Of a DNA stretch of 64,000 bases, positions 1 to 11,931 are shown one piece after another. A model generated the notes under the pieces. The model searched no databases and was not told where the DNA came from. It saw nothing but the letters and a program-made list of their open reading frames with translations. The translations under genes were made by a program, and so were the position numbers. Numbering within the stretch: position 1 is the first letter of the stretch; each line of letters starts with the position of its first letter. The DNA lies in the NCBI GenBank assembly GCA_964016885.1, contig OZ024745.1:108066001-108130000 (forward strand), given 5' to 3'. This stretch comes from Eledone cirrhosa (lineage: Eukaryota).

Positions 1-829
1 CTAAAGTTTCTTGCTTCCTTTTAATTCTACACTGGCACCAAAACAACATAATTGTCGTCAGTGCTGGGAACTACATATTCTTTTCTGTCATCATCATCAT
101 CATCGTTATCATTATTATTATTACAATTACTGCCATTATTATTATTATTATTATTCTATGACAATATCAATACAACATATGCTGACTCATTTACACGAGA
201 GGAATTATGCAAATAAAAGATGGGTGAATATTTATTTTTAGGATGTGTGTAAGAAGTAAATAAAGAGTGTAAGGTAGTTTTCAATTTACTACTTCTAGTA
301 TTATCTTTGTACAGAAAATAAGATGAACAAGACCACACATACACACAATAACTTCATGTTTTGAATTTTGTTTTTGTTTTTTTCAAAAGTAAACATGTGT
401 TTGCTAAATATGCTCACACTTTCAAAAGACACACATACATAGACACACACACACACACAGACATCTTGATTTTGAGAAGTGCTATCACTTGATCCTGTGT
501 GACGAAAAAATAACCTTTTTTGACTATAGCCAGCCATGCTCATGTAACATACACGAAAGATGTTTAGATGAAGTGATGCCAGTACTTGAAGCTTTGTTAA
601 ATGAAGTGAAGCCTTGTACTGGACCAATTCTACACACTGAACAACGATGACAGGTATTCAAAGACAAGAATAGTTCAACATCATTGGCTGCAATAGAGTA
701 CCAGATTTTACATCAGAGTTTTCCTTCTCTTAGAATGCTGTCCTAACAAGGACTAGTGGCCCCTTACTTCTGGTGGGCTAACTGCATACTTGGGCACAAA
801 ACCCGAGTATATCTGTGTCCCTGTGCATT

Positions 830-1149
830 CATACATACACACACACATACATACATACATACATAATACACACATACATACACACATACATACATACACA
901 CACACATACATACACACATACATACATACATACATACACACACATACATACATACACACACATACATACATACATACATACACACACATACATACATACA
1001 CCCATACATACACACATACACACATACATATACACACGCACACATACATACACACATACATACACACATACATACACACATACACACACACACACATACA
1101 TACATACACACATACACACACACACACATACACACATACATACACACAC

Positions 1150-1180
<31 letters not shown>

Positions 1181-1209
1181 TACATACACACACACATACA
1201 TACATACAC

Positions 1210-1242
<33 letters not shown>

Positions 1243-1283
1243 TACATACACACATACACACACATACATACACACACACATAC
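830..1283. repeat. (CA)n/(CATA)n compound microsatellite
   Basis: Read directly; explains the HTYI/VCMY ORFs. Confidence 0.95.
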
Positions 1284-1956
1284 AGAAAGTTTGCCTAAAA
1301 AAGGATCCATCATGCGAATGAAACCTGTCATGAGGCCTGCAAGTTTAACACCCCCCCACCCACCCCCACCCGCCCTGCTTTAACAGGGAAAATAGCCTTA
1401 AAACCCCTATTGTTGTTATTATTGTTGTTGTTGTATGTGCCTGTTTTGTAATGGGACACTTTTAATTGTTTTAGTTTTGCCTATGGCTGACATGTAGACT
1501 ATACCCTAACTTACATATAAAAACCTGAAGAGGTTTGAAGCCCACAGGGGATACCACAGTGGCCCACTTATAGAGTACAGCTTCCCTGTTGCTGACCCCT
1601 AGAATATGTGATTGTGAGTAAAGTCTATGTGTGTGATTGTAAGATCTAACTGTGTACATGTGTGATTGTGTGTCTGAGTTAACTATGTGTGTGCATGAAG
1701 TGTGTCAGTGTAAGATCGTGTATGTATGAATGAGAGGTGCAGTGTGATGGAATATGATCTGGTTGTATGTGTATGTGTATGTGTATGTGTATGTGCATGT
1801 GTATGTGTTTGATGTGCAAAATTGGTTGTTTATGTGTGTATGCTTGTGAGCTTCTTTCCTTACTGTGGCAATTTAGCCTGGACGTTGCAAGTATAATGAT
1901 TTATTATCTCCCAGGGAGGATGTGGAACAAAACTCTTTGTTTAAAACTATGAAACA

Positions 1957-2408
1957 TCAACACATCAACACACTCACAAACATACCAACACAAACACACA
2001 TACACACCAGCACATACACACATACACGCCAACACACCAGCACATACACACCAACACACATACACACCAGCACATACACACATACACGCCAACACACCAG
2101 CACATACACACCAACACACATACACACCAGCACACAAATACACCAGCACACAAATACACCAGCACATACACACTACCACACATACACACTACCACACCTA
2201 CACACTACCACACATACACACTACCACACACACATACACCCGTACACAAACACACCAGCACACATACACACTACCATACATACACACTACCACACATATA
2301 TACTACTACACATACATACTACCACACATACACACCAGCACACATACACACTACCATACATACACACTACCACACATACACACCAGCACACAATACTATA
2401 CTACATAT
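1957..2408. repeat. CA-rich compound micro/minisatellite (CACCAGCACATA and CACTACCACA units, with a 60-bp periodic stretch)
   Basis: Tandem units visible directly. Confidence 0.85.
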
Positions 2409-2689
2409 AAAACTTGAAGTTAAAAAAAACGTCAATATTTTGTGTAGTTTTACATGTGTGTGTGTGTGATGTATAATTATGTCTGTGCATGTAATTATGT
2501 GCCTGCATGAGTGTAATTATGTGCGTGAAAGTATGTAAGTGCGTATGATATGTAACCATGTGCACACATGCATATATGTAGGTTTGTGTGTGAACATATA
2601 TAAGTTGCTATGTGCATGTGAGTGTGAGGTTAAAAACAGCTGAATCAACAATGGACAGTCTTTGAGGAATACACAGCAAGACAACTTAC

Positions 2690-2798
2690 AATGGTGTCTG
2701 TGATTGATTTTGCATTATCCTGCATCTCTTTCATTTTTGCCCTTTGTTCTTCAATCAATTGACGCTTTTGTGAAATATCTCGTTCAAGCCAGTTCACA
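2690..2798 (-). CDS. CNTLN: Internal exon (last one found): VNWLERDISQKRQLIEEQRAKMKEMQDNAKSITDTI
   Basis: Acceptor ttgacag and donor GTAAGT; 109 nt, phase 2 to 0; LERDISQKRQLIEE resembles recalled centlein MERDITMKRHLIED. The gene continues further 3'; I could not place the next exon. Confidence 0.85.
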
Positions 2799-3005
2799 CT
2801 GTCAACAACAACAACAGCAACAAATATTACTACTACTACTACTACTACTACTAAATTTGGTACACGGTCATGAATTTTAGGGGTGAGTATACTTGATTAG
2901 ATTGACTGGTACATATTTTATTGACTTAATGTACAGTTCAGGGAAAAATACTTAATATTTATAAAATATATATATAAATATATATATAAGTATATAGCAT
3001 ATTAA

Positions 3006-3801
3006 TATGAGGTCTGTCGAAAAAAAAAAAATGTACTTGGTAGGGTTCAATTGCTAATGATCTTTCAAGTAGTTCACATGTTGCCCCTACACACTTAACA
3101 AGGTGATCCTTTCACTGTCCAAAGCATGTCTTGAATGCTTCTTCTGGGATGGCTATTAGCTCTGCTGTCACAGTTAGCACGATGCCCTTTTAGGTCCCAA
3201 ATAATTAAATGAAACTATGTCTGAAGATTTGGGAGACTGGTGAATGAGCAAAATGCTTTTGCTAAGAAAGTTTGGACCAACTGCAATGAATGAGATGGGT
3301 TTATGCAACAGTTAGGTTTGCAAGGCCCGTAAACTTGGTATTTTGTAATGAACGGCATTCAGAAAACGTCAAAGGACTTCTTGATAGTACTCCTTTGTAA
3401 CTGTCCTTCTGGCATGAATTTGTGATGCACAATGCCTCAGTAACTGAAGAAAACAGTCAGCATCACCTTCATTGTGCTTTACACCTGATGTACTTTTGGG
3501 GGCTTTGGTGATGTTGGATGCTTCCACTATGAAGACTGAGCCCTAGTTTCCAGGTTGTATCCATACACCCACATCTCATCTCCAGTTTTCACAAGATTTA
3601 GGAACTCAGGATCCTTGCTGGCAGTATCAGGCAAAATGAAAATGCAATCATTAAGCAGTTCAGCACCTCATACACTAACAGCCTGACAGCAACTAGTGTT
3701 ATCCAACAAACTCACCAAAAACCACGCATGCATATGAATATATGTAGCCTCACTCTGCAAACTTTTGTCTCCCTAGCCTCATTACTTGGAGAGACTTTGT
3801 A
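3006..3801 (-). mobile_element. Decayed, internally deleted mariner (Tc1/mariner) DNA transposon
   Basis: Minus-strand frames give DPEFLNLVKTGDEMWVYGYNLETRAQSS*WKHPTSPKP...KVMLTVFF..GIVHHKFMPEGQ and a C-terminal AIPEEAFKTCFGQ*KDHLVKCV; mariner-type end TATGAGGTCTGTC at about 3006; stops and frameshifts throughout. Confidence 0.88.
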
Positions 3802-4083
3802 ATATAATAATCTTTTTAATTAACAAGCTTGTATTTGGAACATAAAGGTTTTTTCATAAAATAATCATGGAAACTTTTTAGATAAATATAATCAGTTTAA
3901 AACAAGCAGTTTGGTATTTGAGAACGGGGGGTGGTTTTAGGCATCAAAAGTGTTAAGATATATTTATAACATTCTAATATGTTTAGGGCATGTATAAGAC
4001 ATATTTAGTCTTGTGTGATGCTCTATACAAGGACAATGTGGTTAATATTTCCATTAATACTTTGAAAGAAAATACTAACTCAC

Positions 4084-4181
4084 CGACTAGTGAGACTTTT
4101 TACTTGGTTGTGAGTACTTTCATTGTCATTTTGTGTGGCTTTATTAAGAGTTGATAGTCTGATCATCTCAGTGGAATAATT
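4084..4181 (-). CDS. CNTLN: Internal exon: NYSTEMIRLSTLNKATQNDNESTHNQVKSLTS(R)
   Basis: Acceptor tatttccag and donor CG|GTGAGT; 98 nt, phase 0 to 2; LEIKLKNYSTEM resembles recalled centlein LQYKLKNATNEL. Confidence 0.85.
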
Positions 4182-4822
4182 CTGGAAATAAACAACATGT
4201 ATGCCTTTACATATATATATATAACCATCATCTTCATAATCATTTTATGTCTGCTTTACATGCTTGGATAAGGATGAGTCAGTTCTTATTTAGAGTTACT
4301 GCTTATCTAAACAAATCAAAGGAACATATCTTGTATATAATACCCCTTTTGCTATGGTTTCTATGGTTGGATGCCCTTCTTAAAACCAACCCCTTTACAT
4401 AGTGTATTTTATACATTTTATTCTAGAACCAACACTCAGGAGGTTGTCATGTCCTCCACAAGACTCAGGACTCCTCTCTACACACTGGTGTCTCCTTTGA
4501 ATCACCAACCACTTTAAAGAGTGAATTGGTTGTCTTTTATTTTGGCACCAGCACCAGAGAGGCTGCATTGTCCTCTGCAATGGTAAAAAGTCCTCTCCTT
4601 TCTATGTAGTTTCTGTATTTTGAAGGCAAATATGATTGTGTATGATTAGAAAGGGGATGATTGCTAGTGAAAAGAGTATAAAGATGAGTGATAAGATAAT
4701 AGGTGAGAGAGAAATGGACTATGGTAGCTACATACTGGTTGTTGGTGATGAGTTACACTGAATATTTTGTCCAAAATTAAATTTCCCAGTTTTCCTTGCT
4801 CAAATACAGAACCAATTCTTAC

Positions 4823-4984
4823 CTTTAATTTTATCTCCAATTCCTTTTTACATTCTTGTAAGTTTGATACTTTTTTCTGTAAATCTTCAATGCAATGTTT
4901 TTCTTGTAAAATTTGACCATTCTCTATATCTTTCTCAAGTGATGATTTTTCCGACTGCAGTTTTTCATAGCGTCCTTGCATTTT
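4823..4984 (-). CDS. CNTLN: Internal coiled-coil exon: KMQGRYEKLQSEKSSLEKDIENGQILQEKHCIEDLQKKVSNLQECKKELEIKLK
   Basis: Acceptor ttatag and donor AAG|GTAAGA; 162 nt, phase 0 to 0; overlaps ORF 4664..4981. Confidence 0.88.
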
Positions 4985-5102
4985 CTATAACGGATAATTC
5001 AAATAAAACCATTTCTCTTTTTCAATAAAAAATGTTTTTAAAAATTAATAATTTAGAGTATGTCAGTTAGTAGCTTTTTAAAAACCCTTTTGTGATCAAT
5101 TT

Positions 5103-5350
5103 CTCATGAAATATCCAGGTCTGAACACAGCCGATTCCTTTCAGAGAAGGAAAGAAAGAGAGTGATAGAGAGGAACTGAGAAAAAGATACAAAGGAAAAA
5201 TTATCCCCAGTACTGAACTGGTACTTTTTTTTTATTGACCTTGAAAGGATTAAAAGCGAAGTTGGCCATGATGGAATTTGAACCCAGAGCACAGAGAGTC
5301 AGTGCAAATACCACAATGCATTCTATCTGACATTCTAACAACTCTGCCAA
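5103..5350 (-). mobile_element. tRNA-derived SINE, long-tail family (other copies at about 14076-14390 +, 18692-18990 +, 20651-20925 +, 31957-32255 +)
   Basis: Head TGGCAGAG..TTAGA (A box-like) and GGTTCAAATTCC (B box); central CTTT(C/T)ATCCTTTC.AGGTC.ATAAAA..GTACCAG; shared pyrimidine-rich 3' part in all copies. Confidence 0.75.
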
Positions 5351-5400
5351 CATGCCATCAATATAACTGTATGATTGTAAAAATAAAATTTACCACAAAC

Positions 5401-5532
5401 CTGAGAATTCTGACGCATTACTTTTAGTTTTTGGTTTGCTAATATTAGGTCAGTCTGCAGTTGTTGAACTGTCTCTTTCAGTTCATTGCTGGACTTGAGA
5501 GCTGCCTGGCGATAATTCTTCAACAAAGCTAC
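5401..5532 (-). CDS. CNTLN: Internal coiled-coil exon: VALLKNYRQAALKSSNELKETVQQLQTDLILANQKLKVMRQNSQ
   Basis: Acceptor cattgcag and donor CAG|GTTTGT; 132 nt, phase 0 to 0; within ORF 5335..5538. Confidence 0.88.
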
Positions 5533-6689
5533 CTGCAATGTTTGTTAATAATCTTAGCTGCTTTCTAAATTCTAAAACATACATACTTAGCATGAATGAG
5601 ATTATATACAACTACCATCATTTGCACTTGGAAGCACCAAACTATTAGACACCTTTGTTATATGATTTGCTTGCTTGATTAGGTACTTGCTGTATGTTCT
5701 CAGGTATCTCAGAAACAACTGAACCTAAGAAATTTCACTTATTTTAACATTGTAACTAAGCAAAATAATTTTGTTCTACTTTTCATTGGTTTCCAATATT
5801 TTTTTCCTTTTCAACAATTTACTTGGATATTATGTGTGTGACTTAACTCCATTTAACTTGACATAGGATAGGTGAGCTACAGGTTATACAAACAACAAAA
5901 TCACTAACAGGATAAACAAAATACAATATGTTCACTCACAGTTTCACATTAGCACAATTTCTTTCAGATTACAATAGAACTAGTAGTGCTAAATATATTC
6001 AAATGAAGGACACGTGCAGAGAAATATGTTCACACATATATGAACAAAGCAACATAAATTCTTTCACATGGTGACTCTAATATAGTTTAGTAGAGCAAAA
6101 TATATTCAAATACTAACCACCTACATTGAGAAATATGTTTACACATATGGTGAATAACAGCACAAATTCTTTAATATATTGGTGACTATAATATTGATTT
6201 ATTAGTTCTAAATATATTTCAATATTGATCAGATATAACAGTGACCAGGTATGACATTTTGTAGTGCTAAATACACAAAAAGCAAAAAAGAAAACTGACC
6301 ATATATGTAAAAAAAGACAATTGATTAGAAGACTTTTTAGTTGTGTCAAGAGCAAGAGAACCTCTCTAGTGTTGGTAACTCAATAAGACACATCCAGTAC
6401 ATTCTGTTAAATGACTGGTGATAGGAAGAGCATTGAACCACAGCAAACTTGCCAAAACAATGATCAAGAAGACTCTTCAAATGTGTCAAAAACATGCTGC
6501 TGCCATGTTAAAATGTTCCCAGTACACTCTGTAAAGTGCAGGAACATGTAAAATACACTTTGTCTAAATATTTGATGAGGTTGTTATGGTTTGAGTGCAT
6601 TTGACCACAAGCCTGCTTGACCAGGACTAAACATAGACTAAATACACACACACACATAGAAAACTTTACCTATGTAAAGAATATAGTAC

Positions 6690-6811
6690 CTGTTTGAGTA
6701 ATTCTGTGATTCGCTGTTTTTCACTTCTCCCAAAATGCCTTGGTCTGAAAGTTTTCCCAGTTGCATTCATCTTTAATGGTATTGGTGAGGTGCTGGCATC
6801 TCGCACAACCA
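6690..6811 (-). CDS. CNTLN: Internal exon: VVVRDASTSPIPLKMNATGKTFRPRHFGRSEKQRITELLKQ
   Basis: Acceptor ctctctctag and donor CAG|GTACTA; 122 nt, phase 1 to 0; QRITELLKQ-VALLKN resembles the recalled vertebrate centlein stretch ERIISLQQQNSVLQN. Confidence 0.82.
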
Positions 6812-7214
6812 CTAGAGAGAGAAACGTTTTAACACTTTTGTTAGCATATTTCTTATGAAAGAAACTGCCTATAATTTTCAAATCATTTTGAAAATAATCA
6901 AGAATTCAGGAAAATTTAGTAAGTTGGTGTTTGGAACATAAAGGTTCTTACATATAATTATGATGAAAGGTTTTTAGATAAATATTGACCTTTTTGTTCT
7001 ACCAATCTGTTTCAATCAATTTTGAAAATAATAAAAAAAGAATTTGCTGAATCTAGTAAGGACTTTTTCATTATTTTGCTGACGTTTGGATCATAACTTG
7101 ACAAAAGGTTCTTACATAAAAATTATGCCTGAAGTATGAACATTTTAAAACAGGCAGTTTTGTACAATAGAACCAGAAGTGGTTCCAGGTGGGCTGCTAT
7201 AAAAAATGTTATGA

Positions 7215-7952
7215 ACAGCTTTTACGGGGTCGATAAAATAAAGTACCAGTAATGAACTGGGTAATTGCTGGCCTTGTGCCTAATGTAGAAACAATTATTA
7301 TTTGAACTCAGAATATAAAGGACCATAGAGTTGTGGCCCTTTGCGTTCTGAGTTTAAATTCACTGAGGTTAACTTTGCCTTTCATCTTGTGGTGGATTGG
7401 CAGTATCGGTAGAGGGTCGGACGTCAGGCTTTGATGCATAGAGTTACGGCCCTTTCCATTCTGAGTTCAAATCCTGCCGAGGTCAACTTTGCCTTTCATC
7501 CTTACGGGGTCGATAAAATAAAGTACCAGTAATGTACTGGGTAATTGCCGGCCTTGTGCCAAAAGTAGAAACAATTATTATTATTATTATTAGCTGTATC
7601 AGTAAAGTGCCGGACAGTAGGCTTTGCAGCATAGAGTTATGGCTCTATCTGCTCTGGGTTCAAATCCTGCCAAGATTAGCTTTGTCTTTCATCCTTACGG
7701 GGTCGATAAAATAAAGTACCAGTAACGCACTGGGGTGGAGAGGGGTTGATTTAATTGACTTTCCTCTACCCCAAAAATGTCTGGCCTTGTGCCTAAAGTA
7801 GAAACAATGGCCCTTTATATTCTGAGTTCAAATCCTGCCAAGGTTAACTTTGTCTTTCATCCTTACGCAGTCGATAAAATAAAGCACCAGTAATGTACTA
7901 GGGTAATTGCTGGCCTTGTGCCAAAAATAGAAACAATTATTATTATTATTAT
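7215..7952 (+). mobile_element. Cluster of about five tandem or partial copies of a ~190-bp tRNA-SINE with (ATT)n tail; full copy at 7391-7591
   Basis: Repeated GAGTTCAAATCC.GCCGAGGT.AACTTTGCCTTTCATCCTTACGGGGTCGATAAAATAAAGTACCAG...GGCCTTGTGCCAAAAGTAGAAACAATTATT. The central domain resembles Meta/MESC-type SINE domains (from memory). Other copies: 13627-13711 -, 17104-17289 -, 21160-21345 -, 41092-41290 -, 54400-54545 -, 56095-56260 +, 61229-61497 +, 63000-63200 -. Confidence 0.85.
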
Positions 7953-7989
7953 CATCTTTTGTTTTTTCTTTTAAGTAACCAAATTTTAC

Positions 7990-8173
7990 CTTTGTGTAGA
8001 GGCAGGTAGGCTTTGGATTTGACTGTGCTTCTACGAGATACTGAATGGTTGTATTTACACCTTGTTACACTGGTTTTCAGATTGTAGATTTCACTTTTGT
8101 ATTTTGGTCGGCTCAGATGTGAAACTTTGCCATGCTTGTGGGGGACACACTTTTTGGAACTACGTAAAGATAC
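7990..8173 (-). CDS. CNTLN: Internal basic exon: VSLRSSKKCVPHKHGKVSHLSRPKYKSEIYNLKTSVTRCKYNHSVSRRSTVKSKAYLPLHK
   Basis: Acceptor ttttttcag and donor AAG|GTAAAA; 184 nt stop-free, phase 0 to 1. Confidence 0.8.
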
Positions 8174-8606
8174 CTGAAAAAAGTCAAGAAAGGAAAAATT
8201 TGAAAGAAAAATCCAACTGCATTAACCATTTTAATACAAATCCACCCAAAACTGCCTCAAGTCTGTGATGACAAATCTCTTGTTTTAAAGTATTTATATT
8301 TAGAAAAAAGAATAAAGTTATGTAAGAATATTTTTGTTAAGCTATGTACTAAACAACAACTTAATAATATGGTTAGTTCATTATAATTTACTAAAGCCCT
8401 TCAAATTGTTGATTATTTACAAAATTAAGTGAGAATTATAGGCAGTCATTAATTAGAAGTATGGCAATGAAAGGATTAAACATAAAAACTCTCTTGATCT
8501 TACATATATACTAACAAAATTAAAGATGGTCTGATCAGAAACATTTGCCAAAGATTCCAAGGAAAAAATCCGAACATTTATAAAAAATTTAATTAAACGT
8601 TGATTG

Positions 8607-8638
<32 letters not shown>

Positions 8639-8824
8639 TTATTAAAATAACAGATTAAAGTTTAAGCAAAGAATTGCTGCTTTCACCCTTAACGGGATCT
8701 TCTGAATTGATATATATTTATCCTTATCGAGCCCTCTTTGGATTTTAGTCTTCAAATTTATTATTATTACTATATATATATATATATGTGCGTCAATCAA
8801 CCTTTAATTTAATTCATATATATA

Positions 8825-9072
8825 TGGAACAAACTACCTGCATCAGTTGTTAGCTGCCGAGACACTGCATCCTTTAAAACCCTCATGCTTCCCGAAATTT
8901 GCCAAAACTACACCTGATGTACCCCTTCCATACACATGCACACATGTGTATATCATGACTCATGCACTGTTCATTTTCCTGACGTTTGTACTTTACCCTA
9001 TGTACTATACATACACTTTTTGATGAGTTGTAGTGCACCTGAGCACTGTACACAATATTTCATTATTATTAT
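8825..9072 (+). mobile_element. 3' end of a CR1/L2-type LINE (second copy at about 56662-56925 on the minus strand)
   Basis: Translates WNKLPASVVSCRDTASFKTLMLPEICQNYT*, matching the CR1-type C-terminal WNxLPxxVV..SFK motif, then a 3' UTR and (ATT)n tail; the two copies are clearly homologous. Confidence 0.75.
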
Positions 9073-9480
9073 TTATATCAATTGTTACATATGTTTCACA
9101 GTGACTTTAATTTATGCTAAACAAACTTGGTTTTAAACATCACATGATTAGAAGACAGTGGTAGAATTTGAAAATTTTACTAAATTAGTAACTTTTGCCA
9201 TTTTTTTGACTACAGAAAATAGTCTAAAAATAACAGAGTATATAAGCCTCTAAAATGGAAAAAAATATGGCAAAGTTACTAATTCAATTCAATTTTCAGA
9301 CAGTGGGAGTTTGGTTCCTTAGTGTTCGGACCTGGTGTATATGTATGTTTCACAGACACACACTTATATATATAATACTTAATACTTCTTATATATCACA
9401 CATTATTAATTAATTGATTATATTATAATACATTTATCAGGAAAAAAAAAAAAAAAAAAAAAAAATATATATATACTAAC

Positions 9481-9652
9481 CTTTCTATTATTCCTGCTCG
9501 ATGAAGATATTTTTGAGTTGGAACTGACACGGCTTAAATTAGTATCTGAGTGGCTAGGAGATGGTGTTAATGGTAGACAAGATTGTGATCTTGAAGTATG
9601 CAGAGGCTGAGACACAATAATATTGTTAGATGCTACAGATGACCCAGTTGAT
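9481..9652 (-). CDS. CNTLN: Internal Ser-rich exon: STGSSVASNNIIVSQPLHTSRSQSCLPLTPSPSHSDTNLSRVSSNSKISSSSRNNRK
   Basis: Acceptor atttag and donor AAG|GTTAGT; 172 nt, phase 2 to 0; overlaps ORF 9418..9615. Confidence 0.82.
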
Positions 9653-9868
9653 CTAAATATTATATATGATTAGTCAAGAAATTAAATAATGACCCAAGGA
9701 AAAAAACAAACAAACAAACAAAATAAAACAAAAAAGGGAATCACATGAAGTATTGGAAAATAAAATAAAACAATACATTTGAAATAAAACAAACATAAAT
9801 AAATATGAAAATAAAAAGTAACAAAAAATAGAATTTAAAAACATAATCTAAGCAAAGGTGGACTTTAC

Positions 9869-9963
9869 CTATGAGAATTGTCAGAAATATTTTTATAGTC
9901 GTCTCCTTTGAAGTTCTCAGGCATGGTTTGTCTGCTGCCGTCAATGCAAGGATTTTGTAGTTT
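9869..9963 (-). CDS. CNTLN: Internal exon: KLQNPCIDGSRQTMPENFKGDDYKNISDNSH(R)
   Basis: Pyrimidine-rich acceptor cttccttccaccttcag and donor AG|GTAAAG; 95 nt, phase 0 to 2, consistent with both neighbours. Confidence 0.8.
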
Positions 9964-10102
9964 CTGAAGGTGGAAGGAAGTTTTTGAGAAAGAAATAGGA
10001 GGACTGAGCAACAGGGAGCATGATAAACATTAGGTGTTTTAAATTTTTAAATAAGGACAGAAATGACTGGAAAAATACAGAGCAGTATGTATGTGCGTGT
10101 GT

Positions 10103-10157
<55 letters not shown>

Positions 10158-10158
<1 letters not shown>

Positions 10159-10504
10159 GGAGGCACATGGCTTAGTGGTTAGAGCATTGGCCTTGCAATC
10201 GAAAGGTTGTGAGTTCAATTCTCAGACCGGGTGATGTGTTGTTTCCTTGAGCAAGACACTTTATTTCACATTGCTCCAGTTTACTCAGCTGTAGAAATGA
10301 GATGATAGGGACTGGGGTCCATATCATTCCACTGCAAAGTGGTCGTGGAGGTGCCACGGCAAAAAAGCACCCAGCACTCACTGTAAATGAGGTTGGTGTT
10401 AGGAAGGGCATCCAGCTGTAGAAATCAAGCCAGAATCAGTTCCCGTCCCACCCTTGCAAGCAGGGAAAAAGCGGACATAAAATGATGATGATGATGATGA
10501 TGAT
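10158..10504 (+). mobile_element. Full-length tRNA/CORE-type SINE with RTE-derived 3' tail and (TGA)n end; near-identical copies at 19225-19563 -, 35045-35313 - (5'-truncated) and 13712-13908 + (5'-truncated)
   Basis: A box TGGCTTAGTGG, B box GAGTTCAATTC, CORE-like CCTTGAGCAAGACACTT, and tail GGTTGGTGTTAGGAAGGGCATCCAGCTGTAGAAA...GGAC.TAAAATGATGATGA. Confidence 0.88.
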
Positions 10505-10532
10505 ATATATATATATATAATATCATCTCTGT

Positions 10533-10750
10533 TTAACCCTTTAGCATTCACATTATTTTATGTATACTATTATATTTTCATGGTAAAGGCTTTACCGCAC
10601 ATAATTATCTCACATAATATTGAATCTATGAGATTTTGAAAGTATTTATTTTGAGAACAATACCTTAACATCAGTTTGTGCGACCAGTTACAGCCAGTTT
10701 CAACAGAAAGAGGTAGAGAATTCTGGCCGGTTTGAACACTAAATGGTTAA
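10533..10750. mobile_element. piggyBac-like MITE family A (~220 bp); copies in the opposite orientation at 18210-18437 and 62312-62536
   Basis: TTAA at both ends, terminal CCCTTTAG...CTAAA(G/T)GG, and three homologous non-coding copies. Confidence 0.8.
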
Positions 10751-11147
10751 TGTCCATTTTTCCATGCTGGCATGGGTTAGACAAATTATCCTGTTGTTAG
10801 CAATCCCAAGTCAGGTGACCATGTCTTGCTCATACAGAACCGATTTTGGCTTGGTTTCTACAGCTGAATGCCCTTCCTAGTGCTAACCTCATTTACAGTG
10901 AGTGCTAGGTGCTTTTTGTCATGACGCCCATTTGACCACTCTACAGTGTGGACTGGGTGCTTTTTGCCATGACACCTACACGACCACTTTACAGTGTTGG
11001 CTGTCTTCATGGGAGATTCAGAGATGTATGGGAGTGGGTGGGGGTGGTACATATATATATATATATATAACAAAGGAGGTGTGGTAAGGAACCAGATGGA
11101 CCATAACGCACCAGAGTACTCAATATTTAGTGTAGTAGAGTGGGTAA

Positions 11148-11270
11148 TAGGAAAATGTTAGACCCCGACGGCAGAGCTATAGCCGTTTTCACGGCTATTT
11201 CTGGACTCACAGTCCAGAAATAGCTGTCGAAACAGCTTGAGCTCTGCTGTTGGAGTCTAACATTTTACTA
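11148..11270. repeat. 123-nt fold-back palindrome (two ~60-bp arms, 3-nt loop CAC), probably a MITE
   Basis: 11148-11207 is the reverse complement of 11211-11270 with about 10 mismatches. Confidence 0.9.
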
Positions 11271-11846
11271 TATATATATATATATATATATATACATTAT
11301 GTATTTGTGTATAAAAGGAGCAAACAAAAAACTGGACAAAGAATTCAATACAGAACTTTAAATATAAAAACATTGACTGTTACAGTGAACCTTCATATTA
11401 TGTGTGTGTCAGTATCTCTGTACGCATACACAGGCACCTGCACACAATGGGCAACACTATTTCCTTCTGTTAAATTTCACTTAGAAAGCTTTCGTCAACA
11501 CAGGCTAAGGTAGAAGGTATTTGGCCAAGTTGCCTTACAGTGAAATGAAGTACCTTGGGCCCCCCCAGGTCTACATCCAATCCTAATGATGACCACTGAG
11601 ATTTGTACCTGTTGCTAATGTTGCAATATTATATGTAATGCATATGGCTTCCTCGCCTCTTCTTTGTTGTTTCATTTTATACATATATATCCAGGGAGTG
11701 TAACTTGGAGTTACTGTAGGTTCACCCAGGTGAGCACTCGATGTTTAGGTTCACTTCAGTGTCAAGGTGTAGAGCTATACAGAGTGTATTATAGTTAAAT
11801 AAGTTAACAAGGACGATTGGTTACTCCTTCATTGCGTTTATTAAGG

Positions 11847-11931
11847 GGTCTGACGAGCCGCGGATTACAGAGTCAGGTCAGATCGATACAGATCAAACCT
11901 TGAGCTGGTCAGTGGCAAAACGCGCGTCACC
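11847..11931 (+). ncRNA. Minimal type I hammerhead ribozyme-like motif (Penelope pseudo-LTR type) with one core mutation
   Basis: GGT-CTGACGA-GCCGC...GTGGC-AAAA (GAAA expected)-CGCGCG-TC-ACC; AATAAA follows at 11936. Confidence 0.65.

Noticed and set aside
462-650. Open + strand frame HLDFEKCYHLILCDEKITFFDYSQPCSCNIHERCLDEVMPVLEALLNEVKPCTGPILHTEQR*
   Set aside because: No clear start or pyrimidine-rich acceptor (it follows a CA repeat) and no recognisable homology, so I cannot support it as coding.
753-1383. Long Cys/Val/Tyr or His/Thr-rich ORFs (also at 15054, 30617, 36316-38321 and 50247-51407)
   Set aside because: They are translations of dinucleotide microsatellites, open in many frames on both strands.
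7391-7480. tRNA genes suggested by A/B-box motifs (also at 10158, 23330 and 43005)
   Set aside because: These are SINE heads: I see no complete cloverleaf and they continue into SINE core and tail sequence.
9964-10066. Alternative upstream acceptor (ctgtatttttccag) for the 9869 exon
   Set aside because: In the required phase 0 it runs into a TGA at 9941-9943; the acceptor at 9963 keeps the frame open.
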